A stretch of DNA of 64,000 bases from the NCBI GenBank assembly GCA_951406725.2, contig OX597841.1, positions 15,872,001-15,936,000 of the forward strand, written 5' to 3'. Positions 61,043 to 64,000 of this stretch are shown here, piece after piece. The position numbers and the translations under genes are program-made. The stretch is from Octopus vulgaris (lineage: Eukaryota). The notes beneath the pieces were generated by a model. The model did not search any database and was not told the DNA's origin. It was given only the letters and a program-made list of their open reading frames with translations. The number at the start of each line of letters is the position of its first letter. The first letter of the stretch is position 1.

Positions 61043-62392
61043 ATGGTACCTCAAAATACGACGTTAGTCGCCGACCCCACGTCGTCTTCGTTTAACCAGT
61101 CCGTAATGTTTGGTTCACAACTAGTCGACCCCGGCTCGCACACACCTTACACAGACGCCACCAACTGCAAGAAGTCGTCCAGTCACGTGAAGCGGCCCAT
61201 GAACGCATTTATGGTCTGGTCGCAGATCGAACGGCGCAAGATCTCCGAGGTGCAACCGGACATGCACAACGCGGAGATTAGCAAACGGTTGGGCCGTCAG
61301 TGGAAGTTACTCAACGAGCACGACCGCAAACCGTTTGTGGACGAAGCCGAACGGCTACGCGTGTTGCACTTGCAAGAGTACCCGGACTACAAGTACAGAC
61401 CGAGGAAGAAGGCCAAACTCAGCGGCAAGGCCGAGGGTTCGAATAACACCAGCAACGCCAGTAGCGTCGGTACGACCAGTACGAGCAAAATATCGAAGGG
61501 TCCTGGCCACAAGACCCACAAGACGGAGAAAAACAGCTCCAATAAGCATCGAACAAATGGCGGCGGCGGAGTAGTGAAGTCGAGCAACGGCTTGAGTAGC
61601 AACGGTCACACCAGCAATACGGCCAACCGGTTAAAATTAAAGCTGACCATCGATAAAAAATTCAAAGAGAGCATCAAAGCAAGCAAGCATGTTTCAGTAC
61701 CTTCCAGTCAGCTAACGCCGCCAGCTAAGGTTCCATCCAGTCCGTCTCTGTATGCACCACCGACGCCCGAAGCGGTCAGCTTCTACCCAGAAGAAGCGTT
61801 CGAGACGCCGGCTGCCTCGCCCCAGGAGCTCAACTGTGTGACAAATGCGACGGTGGCCGGGGCGGCCTCGGCGGGCGCTTTCCAAGTGATTTCTTCCACG
61901 CAGTTGACTGCGACCGCCGTTGATGGCAAGCTCTTGTACCAGTCAGCACAGATCGGCGGGACGACGACATCGTTGCCCACTTCGACGGCCCTCGCTGCCC
62001 TCGCCACGGCTGGTACGGGAGCTGCTATGGTTGGTCAACAACACTTGTCCCTCACCGGTCAACAGACCACGACTGACCAACACCAGCACCAGCACCAACT
62101 GCAGCAGTTGCAGCAACAACAACAGCACAACCAACATATGGACAGCGTTCCTTTGGCGGATTTAGACAGTTTGACCGATGTCCTCCAGTTGCCCAACAAC
62201 TGGCACCTGGAACTCGGCAATTTGGACTTAAGCAAACTCGCCGATGCCGAGTTCAATCTGGACATGCAAAACCAGAACACACCGAATGCGAGCCATTTCG
62301 AGTTTCCGGATTACTCCACACCGGAAGTAACTGAAATGATCGAAGCTGATTGGCTGGAGTCTGGACTTGGTACCTTAATATGTAAGCAATAA
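61043..62392 (+). CDS. SoxC: SoxC-group HMG-box transcription factor (Sox4/11/12 ortholog), single coding exon, 449 aa
   Basis: ATG in gccATGg context with in-frame TAA at 61019. N-terminus MVPQ. HMG box [20 protein letters not shown]...[13 protein letters not shown]...[11 protein letters not shown] (61184-61411). SoxC C-terminal transactivation motif [23 protein letters not shown]. Uninterrupted ORF. Confidence 0.97.
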   Translation: MVPQNTTLVADPTSSSFNQSVMFGSQLVDPGSHTPYTDATNCKKSSSHVKRPMNAFMVWSQIERRKISEVQPDMHNAEISKRLGRQWKLLNEHDRKPFVDEAERLRVLHLQEYPDYKYRPRKKAKLSGKAEGSNNTSNASSVGTTSTSKISKGPGHKTHKTEKNSSNKHRTNGGGGVVKSSNGLSSNGHTSNTANRLKLKLTIDKKFKESIKASKHVSVPSSQLTPPAKVPSSPSLYAPPTPEAVSFYPEEAFETPAASPQELNCVTNATVAGAASAGAFQVISSTQLTATAVDGKLLYQSAQIGGTTTSLPTSTALAALATAGTGAAMVGQQHLSLTGQQTTTDQHQHQHQLQQLQQQQQHNQHMDSVPLADLDSLTDVLQLPNNWHLELGNLDLSKLADAEFNLDMQNQNTPNASHFEFPDYSTPEVTEMIEADWLESGLGTLICKQ

Positions 62393-62627
62393 AACAAAAC
62401 TGACCAATGGCATATATATATATATATACATATATATGTATATATATGCATATATATATATGTGTGTGTGTGTGTATATATATATATAGATATATATATA
62501 TATTGATAGTATGTATAAACGTGTGTGTGTATGATTATAGATGTATATATGGTTCTGTGTATGCTTATGTATATATATGCATACATTTATGAAAGGCATT
62601 ATATATATAAATGTGTGTGTGTGTATT

Positions 62628-62679
<52 letters not shown>

Positions 62680-63406
62680 CTTTAAAAACACAAGGTTTCT
62701 TTTTTTTTTTTTTTTTTTTTTTGGTATTTCAGCCATTGAAAACACATTGTTGTGCGTGTATGTATGTATGTATGTTTGTATGTCTGTCTGTATGTCCTAG
62801 AATTTGTATATAAAATAATTGTATATATATAAAAAGAGAATTGTATAAAGAAAAAAAAATATATATATATATATAAATTGACAAATGATAAAAAAAAACG
62901 AACTGGTTGTATTCGAATGTTTTTCGGGACTGTTTTTTTTTTATTTTTATATTCTTACGAACTGTCATGAAAAAAAAATGGGAAAAAAAAAAAAAATGGA
63001 AGAAAAACTCGGAACCGGACTTCCACACCGGACATCGAATGTCTTGTAGATATATCATAAACTTTTTATATAAATTTATTTACATCCTGTATTTATATAC
63101 ATATATATATATATATACATACATGTATGTGTATTAACGTGCGTGTGTATGTACATATATATTTATGTGTATATATACACGACACGCACTGCAAACATAC
63201 ATACATATATATATATGTATATATATATATGTATGTATATATATATATATGTATGTATGTGTGTGTATATATATATATAGTATAAACATAACATATTATA
63301 CATACATATCCTCATATTTATAAAGAAACATGCATATATATTCACCTATTCTTAAAAGTGTATATATACATATACATACATATATATATATGTATATATA
63401 TATATG

Positions 63407-63438
<32 letters not shown>

Positions 63439-63507
63439 AAATGACTGCATATTTGTATGTAACCTTGTTTGTTTAGACGTGGAAGCATAGGCAGAGATAT
63501 ATAAAAT

Positions 63508-63541
<34 letters not shown>

Positions 63542-63787
63542 GTATGCATATATGTGTATATATTTCACGTGTGTATGTTTACTAACAAGATTACAAAACA
63601 TGTATGCGCCTCTGTTTACATATATATATATGTGTGTGCATTATACATCACGTATATATATACATATATATATATATATAGTATGTACATGTATATATAT
63701 ATATTATGATCATATATTTATTAAATTTGTTATAAAATACATATTTAAAAAAAAATAACATTTTATTAAAAAAAAATATCTGTGAAA

Positions 63788-63793
63788 ATAAAT
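63788..63793 (+). terminator. Candidate polyadenylation signal for SoxC
   Basis: AATAAA 1.4 kb past the stop, followed by T-rich sequence. Another AATAAA overlaps the stop (62388-62393). Such hexamers are common in AT-rich DNA. Confidence 0.25.
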
Positions 63794-63814
63794 GTCACAG
63801 TTTCAAAACCCTTA

Positions 63815-63878
<64 letters not shown>

Positions 63879-64000
63879 GTTTTGAATTCTTCGTGCTCAT
63901 TCTATGGCACTAATGTATATTTCGTTCTTCCTTTCTTTTCTTCTTTTTTCTTATTTCTTCTTCTGAATAGAATTATAGGACAGTGTGTGTGTGTATATAT

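Noticed and set aside
60654-62280. Antisense and alternate-frame ORFs over and upstream of SoxC
   Set aside because: They are shadows of coding sequence or trinucleotide repeats.

Overview
Eukaryotic, microsatellite-saturated DNA; the SINE families and repeat content suggest an octopus or other cephalopod (inference). The only intact gene is an intronless SoxC (Sox4/11/12-type) transcription factor at 61043-62392 (+), with a plausible core promoter about 2.35 kb upstream. The first ~55 kb is a gene desert of simple repeats, three tRNA-derived SINE families, LINE remnants (CR1-group, RTE, L1/Tx1, R4/Dong), mariner and Tc1 remnants, a MITE and non-autonomous Helitrons. Nearly all listed ORFs are microsatellite artefacts. 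The most unusual signal is about a dozen minimal type-I hammerhead ribozyme folds in short elements next to (TA)n tracts. They have palindromic stem III and family-specific cores: canonical CUGANGA, U4C, A6U and an apparent G3-C8 swap. They are probably Penelope-like pseudo-LTRs or retrozymes. All folds were made by eye and none is tested.
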